64,000 nucleotides of DNA from positions 32,001 through 96,000 of the IMG/VR virus record IMGVR_UViG_3300023175_000012; one strand, given 5' to 3'. The position numbers were made by a program, and so were the translations under genes. Source of the stretch: a virus (lineage: Duplodnaviria > Caudoviricetes). Below, piece after piece: positions 30,536 through 38,837 of the stretch. Each line of letters begins with the position of its first letter. The stretch's first letter is position 1. The notes beneath the pieces were generated by a model, which made no database searches, was not told the origin of the DNA, and saw only the letters and a program-made list of their open reading frames with translations.

Positions 30536-31162
30536 TTATCGGAGCCCGCTTATTATTTTTAATAAGCTCTCTTTTAAGTATTTCTGTGCCTTTTGGTCTT
30601 CTTTAGTTGCCTGTGCTAATTCAAATGCCTGGTACCCTCCGCGGGTGTTCATCAAGTGTTCGTATATTGGCGTAGGGTACGCACCTGGAGCACTGGGTTG
30701 TGCAACAACGTCCACCGTTATGATTTCAAAGTCGGAAACTTGACCGCTTCCGTCTTCTGATACGTTACCAGATCCCCTAGACGAGACACCTAGTTTAACT
30801 CCGCTCTCGAGCATTGTTTTAACTAGTTGCCCCATCGGGGTTGGTAATATTTTAAGTTTACCGTAACCATTTGGTCCGTCCATCCATGTTTCAGTTATCA
30901 TGTGTGATACACGGTCCAGGTTAATGTTAAGTCCTTCTGGATGATCTACCTCTCCGAGAACACTATATCCTCCTTGAATTTGATCGTTGAGAGTTTTGAC
31001 AGCCCTGCCAATTTCTTCTACAGGATACACACGCTGGTTTGCATTGCGTACACCGCCCTGGATGCAAATACCTTTTAGGTAAAGATCCTTTCCTTCGTTA
31101 GCAGACTCAACAACCATTTGTGCTTGGTCGAATGTCAGATGCTCTCTTAGTAGGTTTCCCAT
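30536..31162 (-). CDS. gp21: Prohead protease (T4 gp21-like)
   Basis: NANQRVYP, GEVDHP, LGVSSRGSG and DVVAQPSAPGAY motifs. Confidence 0.93.
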   Translation of the reverse strand: MGNLLREHLTFDQAQMVVESANEGKDLYLKGICIQGGVRNANQRVYPVEEIGRAVKTLNDQIQGGYSVLGEVDHPEGLNINLDRVSHMITETWMDGPNGYGKLKILPTPMGQLVKTMLESGVKLGVSSRGSGNVSEDGSGQVSDFEIITVDVVAQPSAPGAYPTPIYEHLMNTRGGYQAFELAQATKEDQKAQKYLKESLLKIISGLR

Positions 31163-31175
31163 TCAGCTTCCTTAT

Positions 31176-32156
31176 TTACTTGCCGACTACAGATGATTTG
31201 TTATCAGCGTTTTCTGGCTTACCTTTTTTCTCTGCACCGTGTCCTGGCTCGCTTTTGCCAGCTTTAGACGCTTTACCGCCTGGTACATTGATGTTTCCGC
31301 CATCTTGGTCTTTTGCGTTTAAATCACCTAGACCAGCATGGTCGCCGCTTCCTGCTTCTCCGCCTTTAGCGATGTTAGCTGAAGTGCCACCCATGTCATT
31401 TGCTCCTGCTACTGGTGACTTTGTGTTGTCGCCATTGTCGCCTGAGCTTTTCTTTTCTGCGCCGTGTCCGCCTGCTACTTTGTCAACGTACTCGCGCATT
31501 TGTTCTCTTTCTGATTTTGCAGACTTAGACTCTTCTACTTCTTTTTCATCAGCTTCGTCAACTTCTTCATCAGATGCTTCGTCTACTTCTTCGTCAGCAG
31601 CTTCGTCTACTTCTTCGTCAGTTGCTTCAAATGCAAATGCTTCTTCTGGCTCTTCTTCACCAGCTTCGTCGCCTTCGCCTTCGTCGCCCATCATTTTTTC
31701 AAATTCAGCTTTTAGGTCGTCTAGTGCATCTTCAAGGTCAACTACGCGATCTTCAAGGTCTTCATCTTCTTCACCTTCTTCGTCGCCTTCTTCGTCGTCG
31801 CCTGCTTCGATGTCACCCATCATGTCGTCTACTGGATCTCCGCCCATTTCAGGCTCACCTTCGACTTCAAATTCGTCTAAATCAAAGTTTTCGTCAACTT
31901 CTTCGTCGCTTGACTCATCTACTTCTTCATCAGATGCTTCATCTACTTCTTCGTCAGTAGCTTCATCTACTTCTTCGTCAGTAGTTTCTTCGACTTCTTT
32001 GTCTTCTTCTTCGATTTCTAAATCTTGTTCAATTAAGTTTGCATAGATGTCTCTTGACTTCTCTACAACAATTTCGTGGAATAGTTCTTCTGCACCAGCT
32101 TTGTCTTCATTAACAAGACGCTCGAGCATTTCTTCGAACTTGTTTTTATCTGCCAT
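31176..32156 (-). CDS. Highly acidic prohead core / internal protein (326 aa)
   Basis: D/E-rich with DEEVDEA tandem repeats; lies in the head operon; TTAAATA box at 32203-32209 and AGGAG RBS. Confidence 0.7.
   Translation of the reverse strand: MADKNKFEEMLERLVNEDKAGAEELFHEIVVEKSRDIYANLIEQDLEIEEEDKEVEETTDEEVDEATDEEVDEASDEEVDESSDEEVDENFDLDEFEVEGEPEMGGDPVDDMMGDIEAGDDEEGDEEGEEDEDLEDRVVDLEDALDDLKAEFEKMMGDEGEGDEAGEEEPEEAFAFEATDEEVDEAADEEVDEASDEEVDEADEKEVEESKSAKSEREQMREYVDKVAGGHGAEKKSSGDNGDNTKSPVAGANDMGGTSANIAKGGEAGSGDHAGLGDLNAKDQDGGNINVPGGKASKAGKSEPGHGAEKKGKPENADNKSSVVGK
31548..31625 (-). repeat. 21-bp coding tandem repeat (DEEVDEA[ATS]), second block
   Basis: About 3-4 units of tcttc[ga]tca...gcttc[ga]tc[ta]act. 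Confidence 0.7.
31890..32000 (-). repeat. 21-bp coding tandem repeat (DEEVDE), first block
   Basis: About 4-5 imperfect units encoding TDEEVDEATDEEVDEASDEEVDESSDEEVDE. Confidence 0.7.
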
Positions 32157-32265
32157 TTTTGTTCTCCTATAAAAGTTATACCTATGGTAAGGCTGTCACT
32201 ATTATTTAACAAAATGGGGGAAATATGCGTAGATATAGGCTCAAAAGAGGCCTTTTTTGCATATG

Positions 32266-32979
32266 TTAGGAAAAATTGAAGATTTTTTTAAAATCTCCAA
32301 GCTCTATTGTACTAAAGTTATCAAAATTATTTAGTTCTATAGGCTGATAATTATCTGGTGCTATAACTCTATGAAAGTTTGTTTTTTTGTTATCTCTTAT
32401 AACTTGTTTGGTTTGTCGTAGCCAATTACCGTAAAATGTTGCGGCTTCATTGCTTTTTTTATAGTTTTTTGTATCGGCGTATAGGTTATTAAATTTAGAT
32501 CCGTTATCTAATCCTTGGAAGTCAAACCCTAATATGTAAATATCTTCGTATTCGTGTTCAGCTGCTAGCCATAATGCTGTTGGACCACTACTCCAGCCTT
32601 TACTTGGTTGAAAATAATTAATGTTTTTAATTTCTGAATATGCTTTATTATGATTTGTCCATACTTGATTTGTATTTTGATACCCACTACGTGATATTTC
32701 TAGTATCATTTTAACGTCTACAGCAATTAAATAGTCAGGAGAAAAGGTCCTGTACAAAGCATTACAACCATAAACTCGGCCATGCTTTTGTAAATCCTCT
32801 GGTAATATCGACTTTCTGCTAACACCGTTGCCTAAGACAAAGGCAATGCTAGTTTTCGCTGAATGCTTTGTTTCAGCAATACGTTGTTTTTGTTTTTGGA
32901 GTTCTTTTTCTAGTCTGCGGCGGTTTTTAATAATCCGCCATTCCTCTTTTGTATAAAGAGTCTTATCTATTTTTGCCAT
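32266..32979 (-). CDS. Glycosyltransferase-like / Maf (DUF115)-like Rossmann protein
   Basis: AFVLGNGVSR, YGCNALYR, PDYLIAVD, SSGPTAL and IYILGFD motif order typical of sialyltransferase-like/Maf folds. Confidence 0.55.
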   Translation of the reverse strand: MAKIDKTLYTKEEWRIIKNRRRLEKELQKQKQRIAETKHSAKTSIAFVLGNGVSRKSILPEDLQKHGRVYGCNALYRTFSPDYLIAVDVKMILEISRSGYQNTNQVWTNHNKAYSEIKNINYFQPSKGWSSGPTALWLAAEHEYEDIYILGFDFQGLDNGSKFNNLYADTKNYKKSNEAATFYGNWLRQTKQVIRDNKKTNFHRVIAPDNYQPIELNNFDNFSTIELGDFKKIFNFS

Positions 32980-33230
32980 TAAACAGCACCGCCGGCCTCC
33001 GCTTGTGCTGCTATTCCGTACATCTGTCTAATAAAGTCTAATTCGTTGTCTACTTCTTCTTGATGTAACTCAGACGCTTTACGAATTCTATTAATTTGAC
33101 CGAGCGTTAATCTAGTTTGCCTTGTATCAGTTGCTTTTACAGGTGAATCGTCGTGTTGCGGCTCGTAGCTCTTGTCTTCTACGGGCTCAATAGTTTCTCT
33201 ATCAAAATAAAATAATTCTCTAAGTATCAT
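32979..33230 (-). CDS. Small head-module protein (83 aa)
   Basis: ORF directly after portal, with TATAAATA at 33242..33235; starts MILRELF. Confidence 0.7.
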   Translation of the reverse strand: MILRELFYFDRETIEPVEDKSYEPQHDDSPVKATDTRQTRLTLGQINRIRKASELHQEEVDNELDFIRQMYGIAAQAEAGGAV

Positions 33231-33237
33231 ATTGTAT

Positions 33238-34986
33238 TTATACCGTTTGGTCTGTAGTTGCCGGACTAGCGCCTAGCTCTTGGCCTGTTGTAGTTTCTGG
33301 AGGAGTTCCTTCTCCACCGTCTTCTGATGGGACAGATGCGTCTACATCTTCCATTCCGCCCATATCTGCATCTATTCCTGCTCCTGAAATACCACCACTA
33401 CGCATTTCTCCTGCGGCATCTGTTGCTGGAGTTTCAAGATTTTCGTCATTTTCTTCACGCCATAAACGTTCATTCTCTGCAATTTCTTCTTCTGTCATGC
33501 CTAAGAACCTTTTTAGTGCAAATCTATTAGAAATATATGGTATTGCACTCATTTGTGTGTATGTAGGTACTCTAGCATTGTCAACTTCGCTTTGTCTGTA
33601 TGCTGCAAAGTTCTGTGGAGGTTGAAATTTAAGATCAAACATTGAAGTATCAACATTTACACCTTTTTCTAACAAGTATTTTTTAAATTCTTGATCAAAT
33701 TCTTCGATTAGCATGTTTTGCAGGCGTTCGCAATATGTATTGAATCTTAATTCTTGTATATACGCTGTTCCTACTCTTCCATCGTTGTACTGACTACTTG
33801 CATCTTCAGCACCTGTGGGCAAATATGAGGACGGAATACGTAAACCACGCACGAGCTTATTAGTAAAGTAACGTAAATCGTCAATTTCACCTAAATTAGT
33901 ACCACCAGGCAACGTTTCTACTTTAGATCCTCTACCTTCTGCTGTTTGCGGAAAGAAATAATCTTCATTTATGCTTAACGGGTTGTAACTACTGTCTATA
34001 ACATTCGTACCCCCGCCTGTTTGGCTTGGAATACGTCTCTGGTGGATCTCGGTTTTAACTCTTTCTACGAATTGCATTGCTAAGTGACTAGGCATGTTAC
34101 CTACATCAACATAAAATACACGCCTTTCTGGAGCACGTTGTACTCTGTATATAATAATTGCATCTTCAAGTAGTTCTTTTTGCTTATAAACTTTAAAAAT
34201 AGTTTCTAGCAAAGAATTACCAAATGGATAATTGTTGTCTAAACCTTCACTCATACTTAAATGAACTACATGTTTAGCATCAACAGCAATTTCTGCTTCT
34301 TCTCTGCTCCATCTAGTACCTGCTTGACTTGCAGATTGGCTTCCTATGTAACCTTTACCAGCACTTGCACTTTGATGACTACCCATTCCGCCATTGTTTA
34401 CTTGGCCATTTGTTTGATGTGGTGTTGTTGCTACAAGATCTTTAAAATTTAGATTAAAGTCTTTTATAACATATTGCTCTGGTGTTTTACCTTCTGACTC
34501 ATTAACAATAATTTTTGTTAAGTTGGCCGCATCAACATGGAAAAGTTTGGCAGTTTCTGGATCTCTAACAAAAATTTGATCGCCGTATTTGAAAGCGTTA
34601 CGTATTAATCTAAACATACGTGTTTCAAACTTGTTTAGTTTACACCATTGTTGTAAATATTTTTGTAAAATTGTTATTTCTGTATTTGTTGCTTTATTTT
34701 TAAACTCAAAAGAGAAATTTGTATTGTTTTGATCGTTCTTTTGAGTACAAAACTCAGCGAGAATGTCTAGTGCAGCATTGACTTCCGAATCACTGTCCAT
34801 TGTGTTGTATTGACCATAACGTTCAACACGATTAGGACTACCAACATATACATCAGGTAAGTGTGAGTTATAGTTTCTAGCCGCCGGACCTGGCTGTAAT
34901 CCGCTATTTAAACCAGCAAAAGGACTGTAACTTCCGTCTGCATTGTTTCCTGTTGGTACAGGTGTAAAATATTTCTTCCAGCTCAT
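33238..34986 (-). CDS. gp20: Portal protein (T4 gp20-like)
   Basis: LLEDAIIIYRVQRAPERRVFYVDVGNMP, EDYFFP and GRGSKVETLPGG gp20 motifs. Confidence 0.95.
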   Translation of the reverse strand: MSWKKYFTPVPTGNNADGSYSPFAGLNSGLQPGPAARNYNSHLPDVYVGSPNRVERYGQYNTMDSDSEVNAALDILAEFCTQKNDQNNTNFSFEFKNKATNTEITILQKYLQQWCKLNKFETRMFRLIRNAFKYGDQIFVRDPETAKLFHVDAANLTKIIVNESEGKTPEQYVIKDFNLNFKDLVATTPHQTNGQVNNGGMGSHQSASAGKGYIGSQSASQAGTRWSREEAEIAVDAKHVVHLSMSEGLDNNYPFGNSLLETIFKVYKQKELLEDAIIIYRVQRAPERRVFYVDVGNMPSHLAMQFVERVKTEIHQRRIPSQTGGGTNVIDSSYNPLSINEDYFFPQTAEGRGSKVETLPGGTNLGEIDDLRYFTNKLVRGLRIPSSYLPTGAEDASSQYNDGRVGTAYIQELRFNTYCERLQNMLIEEFDQEFKKYLLEKGVNVDTSMFDLKFQPPQNFAAYRQSEVDNARVPTYTQMSAIPYISNRFALKRFLGMTEEEIAENERLWREENDENLETPATDAAGEMRSGGISGAGIDADMGGMEDVDASVPSEDGGEGTPPETTTGQELGASPATTDQTV

Positions 34987-34995
34987 TGTTATCCT

Positions 34996-37680
34996 TTAGT
35001 CAACCATCTCTCTTGTTAGATTTCTATGCTGTCTGTTTATGTCTCTTATTTCAGATAGTAATGTATTCATTGTTTCTAGTCTAGTATTTAACTGATTTGC
35101 TACTTCTTCGCCCATTCCTGAACCCATGTTCTTAATTACATCAGCCGCTGCTACTCCAGATCCTCCACCAAACAAGCCGCCGCTGTTAGTTTCTGCTAAT
35201 GCGTCATTCATGTCTTCAAGAGCTCTTGCTAGTTCTTGCATATTTCTATTATACTGTGAAAGTGCTGTTGTGTCAAGTCCATTTTCAAAAACTTCTATAT
35301 TATCTTTGAAGTTTTCTAAAGCATTGATTCTCTCAAATGCTCCTGCAACTCTCTCCATGCCTGCACCGATGCCACTTAGTTTCTCTAAATTCGCAACAGC
35401 GTCCTCTGAAATTCCTAATTGTTCAGCAACTTGGGCCTGTTCCGGAGTAGCACCATCTGCTGTCAATGACTCGTTTATTGCACCGCCAGCTGCTGAACCG
35501 CCCCACCAACCTAGTGCGCCGCCTAATAAACCACCAATTGCTGTACCTACTATTGGAACTACTGAACCTGCTAACGCACCTGCCGCTGCACCTGCCGCTG
35601 CACCTGCCATGCCGCCGCCTGTTTCTGCTACACTTTGTTGTTTTTCTTCTCTTGTAAGTGTATCGTCGGTTAGAGTACTACCAATTTCGTATGCACCTAA
35701 TAATAAACCTAACGGACCAAGCCTTCTAAGTATACCTTTAGCGGCACCCATTCTTCCTGTTGTTCCTGCCGCACTGGTACCAGTACCAGTAGTAGGGGTG
35801 CGGCCTGGCATTAGTCTTCCAGCAAGACTAGTTGCACCTGCAGCCAATGCACTTACTACCGCTCTTGCGCCAAAAAGTCCGGTTATAGCGGCTACTAACC
35901 CTGCTATTACTAGCGGATCTGAAAACAGTGCTGTGAATCCATCTTTAATTGCTGTGAATACACCGTTCATTAGCGTAGTTCCTAGTGCTTCAAGATGTGG
36001 ACTTAGTGCAGCACTTATATCTGCAAATGCATCCGCTATTGCTTGCTTTGGATCTTCAGCAAATGCCTCAAGAAAGTCTTTAACAGCGCCTGCGGCACCG
36101 CCTGATCCGTCTGTTCCTACTAAAAATTCTTTAAATGTTGTTAAAGCCGTTTGGAATTTTGATCCTTCACCTTCTTCTCCTACAAAACCTTGGAACCAAG
36201 AAGTAAATTCGTTTAATACTGGAGTAAGAACACTTACTAACGGATTAATAAAGTTTTCCATGAGAGCTTTTTTAGCTTCGCCGACCGCTGTTAAGAATTC
36301 ACCCATTGCATTTAGTTCACCGTCATCAGGTGGGGTAACTCTTCCAGCTTCGTAATCTTCCATGAATGCATCTCTTGCAAAGATAAGTCCTTCACCTGTG
36401 TCTCGAAAATACCTTGATAGTAGTTCTTGGTTACCAGAAAACAAGTTTGCTATTTCACTAGGTACACCTTCAGCACCTGCGGCCGCAGCTTGTAATAGAT
36501 TTTCTAAGTTTCCTGCACTTCTTACTTGTGATTCTAAATAGTCGGCTATTCTGTCGCCTTGCGTTGACCTAAACTGTTCTAAAGTTACACTTTCGTCTAG
36601 TGCTTGTCCTAATTGATTTCTTAATATTGCCGCAGACTCAGATTGTGTTGCATTATATAATTGTAAATCTCTTGTTATTGGCGGCATTCCTAAAAATTCA
36701 GCTTTTAGAGCATCAACAGCAACTTGGCCTCCTTGTGCCATAGCATCTGTCATAAGAGCATTCATTTTATCACGCTCATCTTTGTCCATTCTTGCAAGTT
36801 CCATTTGGAAAGCCAGGTCCATTTGGGCTTGTGCAATTTTATCTTGCTGTGTTTTAATATCTTCGCCTGTTAACTTTGAAAGTGTTAACATGTTTTTGGT
36901 TAAACTGGCCGCTGCTTCTGCTTGAGCGGCTCTATCTTGAACTTCTGCTCTCGATCCTGCCCTGTTTAAATAAGCAGATAAACTCATTTGTTCGTTTATC
37001 TGTTCCATTGACAAGCCCATTGCTTGTAGTTGAACTAGTGTTTCACCACCTAAATTGTCAGTCATTTGTGCAACTTGTCTTGCACCTTGTGTAACATTAC
37101 CACCAAATGCGGCTAACATTTTGCTGTTGTTGGCTACCATTGAAGAAAATTCTTCTAGTGGTAAACGTGCATCAGCTGCGGTCTGCCTTAGATCTGCTAA
37201 ACTGTATCCAAAGTCTGCACCACTTGCAGCCATCATTTTAAAATTAGAATAACTGTTATCAATTATTCCGGTAAACATAGTCAATGCACTTCCAACTATA
37301 GGAACATGCTGTGCAAAACTACTAAGTGTATCTCCTCCGTGTAAAAGCTCTTCTGCAAAACCTTTAAGTGATCCAACAGCTGCACCAATACCATTCATAG
37401 CGAGGCGCATTAACCCGCCTCCCATTAGATTTAGATATTTGGTATTTTCTTGTACAGCGTCGGTATTATCTTTTACAGCATCTCTATGTTTTGTAGATAC
37501 TTTAATACCTTCTTTTTGTGCGTCATTGTAGGCTTTTTGTGTTTTAGCCGCTTGGCCTTGGCCGTCGCCGCCATTTGCTTTGGCCATTTTTTCCATGGCC
37601 GTGACTAGTCGAGCTAGTGTTACTTCACTTGCAACACCGCTTTCGCCACCTACATTTTCAATTTTAATTTCGTCAGCCAC
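34996..37680 (-). CDS. Tape measure-like protein (894 aa, GTG start)
   Basis: Long Ala/Gly/Met-rich helical protein with a glycine-zipper hydrophobic C-terminal region; adjacent to the hub chaperone gene. Confidence 0.7.
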   Translation of the reverse strand: MADEIKIENVGGESGVASEVTLARLVTAMEKMAKANGGDGQGQAAKTQKAYNDAQKEGIKVSTKHRDAVKDNTDAVQENTKYLNLMGGGLMRLAMNGIGAAVGSLKGFAEELLHGGDTLSSFAQHVPIVGSALTMFTGIIDNSYSNFKMMAASGADFGYSLADLRQTAADARLPLEEFSSMVANNSKMLAAFGGNVTQGARQVAQMTDNLGGETLVQLQAMGLSMEQINEQMSLSAYLNRAGSRAEVQDRAAQAEAAASLTKNMLTLSKLTGEDIKTQQDKIAQAQMDLAFQMELARMDKDERDKMNALMTDAMAQGGQVAVDALKAEFLGMPPITRDLQLYNATQSESAAILRNQLGQALDESVTLEQFRSTQGDRIADYLESQVRSAGNLENLLQAAAAGAEGVPSEIANLFSGNQELLSRYFRDTGEGLIFARDAFMEDYEAGRVTPPDDGELNAMGEFLTAVGEAKKALMENFINPLVSVLTPVLNEFTSWFQGFVGEEGEGSKFQTALTTFKEFLVGTDGSGGAAGAVKDFLEAFAEDPKQAIADAFADISAALSPHLEALGTTLMNGVFTAIKDGFTALFSDPLVIAGLVAAITGLFGARAVVSALAAGATSLAGRLMPGRTPTTGTGTSAAGTTGRMGAAKGILRRLGPLGLLLGAYEIGSTLTDDTLTREEKQQSVAETGGGMAGAAAGAAAGALAGSVVPIVGTAIGGLLGGALGWWGGSAAGGAINESLTADGATPEQAQVAEQLGISEDAVANLEKLSGIGAGMERVAGAFERINALENFKDNIEVFENGLDTTALSQYNRNMQELARALEDMNDALAETNSGGLFGGGSGVAAADVIKNMGSGMGEEVANQLNTRLETMNTLLSEIRDINRQHRNLTREMVD

Positions 37681-37707
37681 TTATTTTTAGATCCAGTTAA
37701 GTACGTA

Positions 37708-37746
37708 TATAAATAAATATGGTATATACATTTACATAGTATTTAG
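37708..37746. promoter_or_regulatory. Overlapping divergent late promoters
   Basis: TATAAATA on plus strand (37708-37715) and CTAAATA on minus strand (37746..37740) within a 78 bp spacer. Confidence 0.6.
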
Positions 37747-37758
37747 CCAGGAGAAAAT

Positions 37759-38613
37759 ATGGAAAACAAAAAAACAAATCCGTTACAGAAATATTTTAGG
37801 CAACCTAAGATTTATCTAACGTTACCTAGTGGCGGCCAATTTTACCCTGCGGGAAGTCTTGAAGTATCTGAAAGCGGCGAGTATCCAGTATTTCCAATGA
37901 CGGCTAGGGATGAAATTATGATTAAAACTCCAGATGCATTGCTTAACGGTGAAGCAACTGTTGAAGTTATTAAAAGTTGTATACCTGCGATAAAAAATCC
38001 GTGGGATATGCCAGCGATGGATCTTGATGCTTGCCTTATTGCAATACGAATTGCAACATATGGCGAAAAAATGGAAGTGTCAATTAAAGTTCCAGTTATT
38101 GGTGAAGAAAAAGATTTTGATTTAGATCTTAGAGTGATGCTAGATCAATTTTCAAATGTAAACTACAATAGAGAAGTTGAAGTAAATGGCATGAAAGTGT
38201 TACTACGTCCTTTATCATATGCAGAGTTTACAGAAACAAGTCGTAAAACTTTTGAAGAACAAAGAATATTTAAAGTTCTAAATGACAGTAATATTAGCGA
38301 AGGTGATAAACTTTCTACTTTTAATGAAAGTTTTAAAAAGTTAACAGACCTAACTATGCTTACACTTGAAAAGTCTATTGCAGAAATTCAAGTTGAAGAC
38401 GAAACAGTTTCAGATAAAGAGTTTATTCGTGAATTTATACAAAATTCTGATAAGACGTTGTTTGAAAAAGTTAGTGATCACGTTGAACAAGAAAGATCTA
38501 AGTTCCAAGTTAAGCCTTTAATAGTAGATGCTACTCCTGAAGAACTAGAGAAAGGTGTTCCGGCAACGTATGAAGTTCCTGTAACCTTTGATCAATCAAG
38601 TTTTTTCGTATAA
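37759..38613 (+). CDS. Baseplate hub assembly protein (T4 gp26-like)
   Basis: NPLQKYFRQPKIYLTLPS, PMTARDEI and DLDACLIAIRIATYGE pattern of gp26-like hub subunits; AGGAG RBS. Confidence 0.7.
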   Translation: MENKKTNPLQKYFRQPKIYLTLPSGGQFYPAGSLEVSESGEYPVFPMTARDEIMIKTPDALLNGEATVEVIKSCIPAIKNPWDMPAMDLDACLIAIRIATYGEKMEVSIKVPVIGEEKDFDLDLRVMLDQFSNVNYNREVEVNGMKVLLRPLSYAEFTETSRKTFEEQRIFKVLNDSNISEGDKLSTFNESFKKLTDLTMLTLEKSIAEIQVEDETVSDKEFIREFIQNSDKTLFEKVSDHVEQERSKFQVKPLIVDATPEELEKGVPATYEVPVTFDQSSFFV

Positions 38614-38837
38614 GGATATTAGCCTTACCTCTAAAGCAAATTCTTCACGAAGTTGATATCCTAGAAAAAGAAGTGAAGCAAATGCGTTACAATCTGTTCA
38701 AACTAGCATGGTACATGCGTGGTAGTATGAGCATCGATGAAGCGTGGGAGCTTCCTCCTGAAGATAGAGAAATTATCAGCGATATTGTAAAAGAAAATCT
38801 AGAAACTACTAAGAAAAGCGGATTGCCTTATTTTTAA
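38607..38837 (+). CDS. Unannotated gp51-like hub assembly ORF, open in the -1 frame from the slippery site
   Basis: Hand translation RIRILALPLKQILHEVDILEKEVKQMRYNLFKLAWYMRGSMSIDEAWELPPEDREIISDIVKENLETTKKSGLPYF*; fills the gap up to the convergent gene. Confidence 0.7.
   Translation, partial: RIRILALPLKQILHEVDILEKEVKQMRYNLFKLAWYMRGSMSIDEAWELPPEDREIISDIVKENLETTKKSGLPYF

Noticed and set aside
31548-32000. Regular 21-bp repeats as a possible CRISPR array
   Set aside because: In-frame coding repeats without unique spacers, and no cas genes nearby.
31120-32046. 308 aa Ser-rich plus-strand ORF
   Set aside because: Mirror of the GAA/GAC-rich acidic protein on the opposite strand.
35126-36355. 409 aa plus-strand ORF
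   Set aside because: Antisense to the tape measure gene; composition reflects reverse-complemented Gly/Ala codons.
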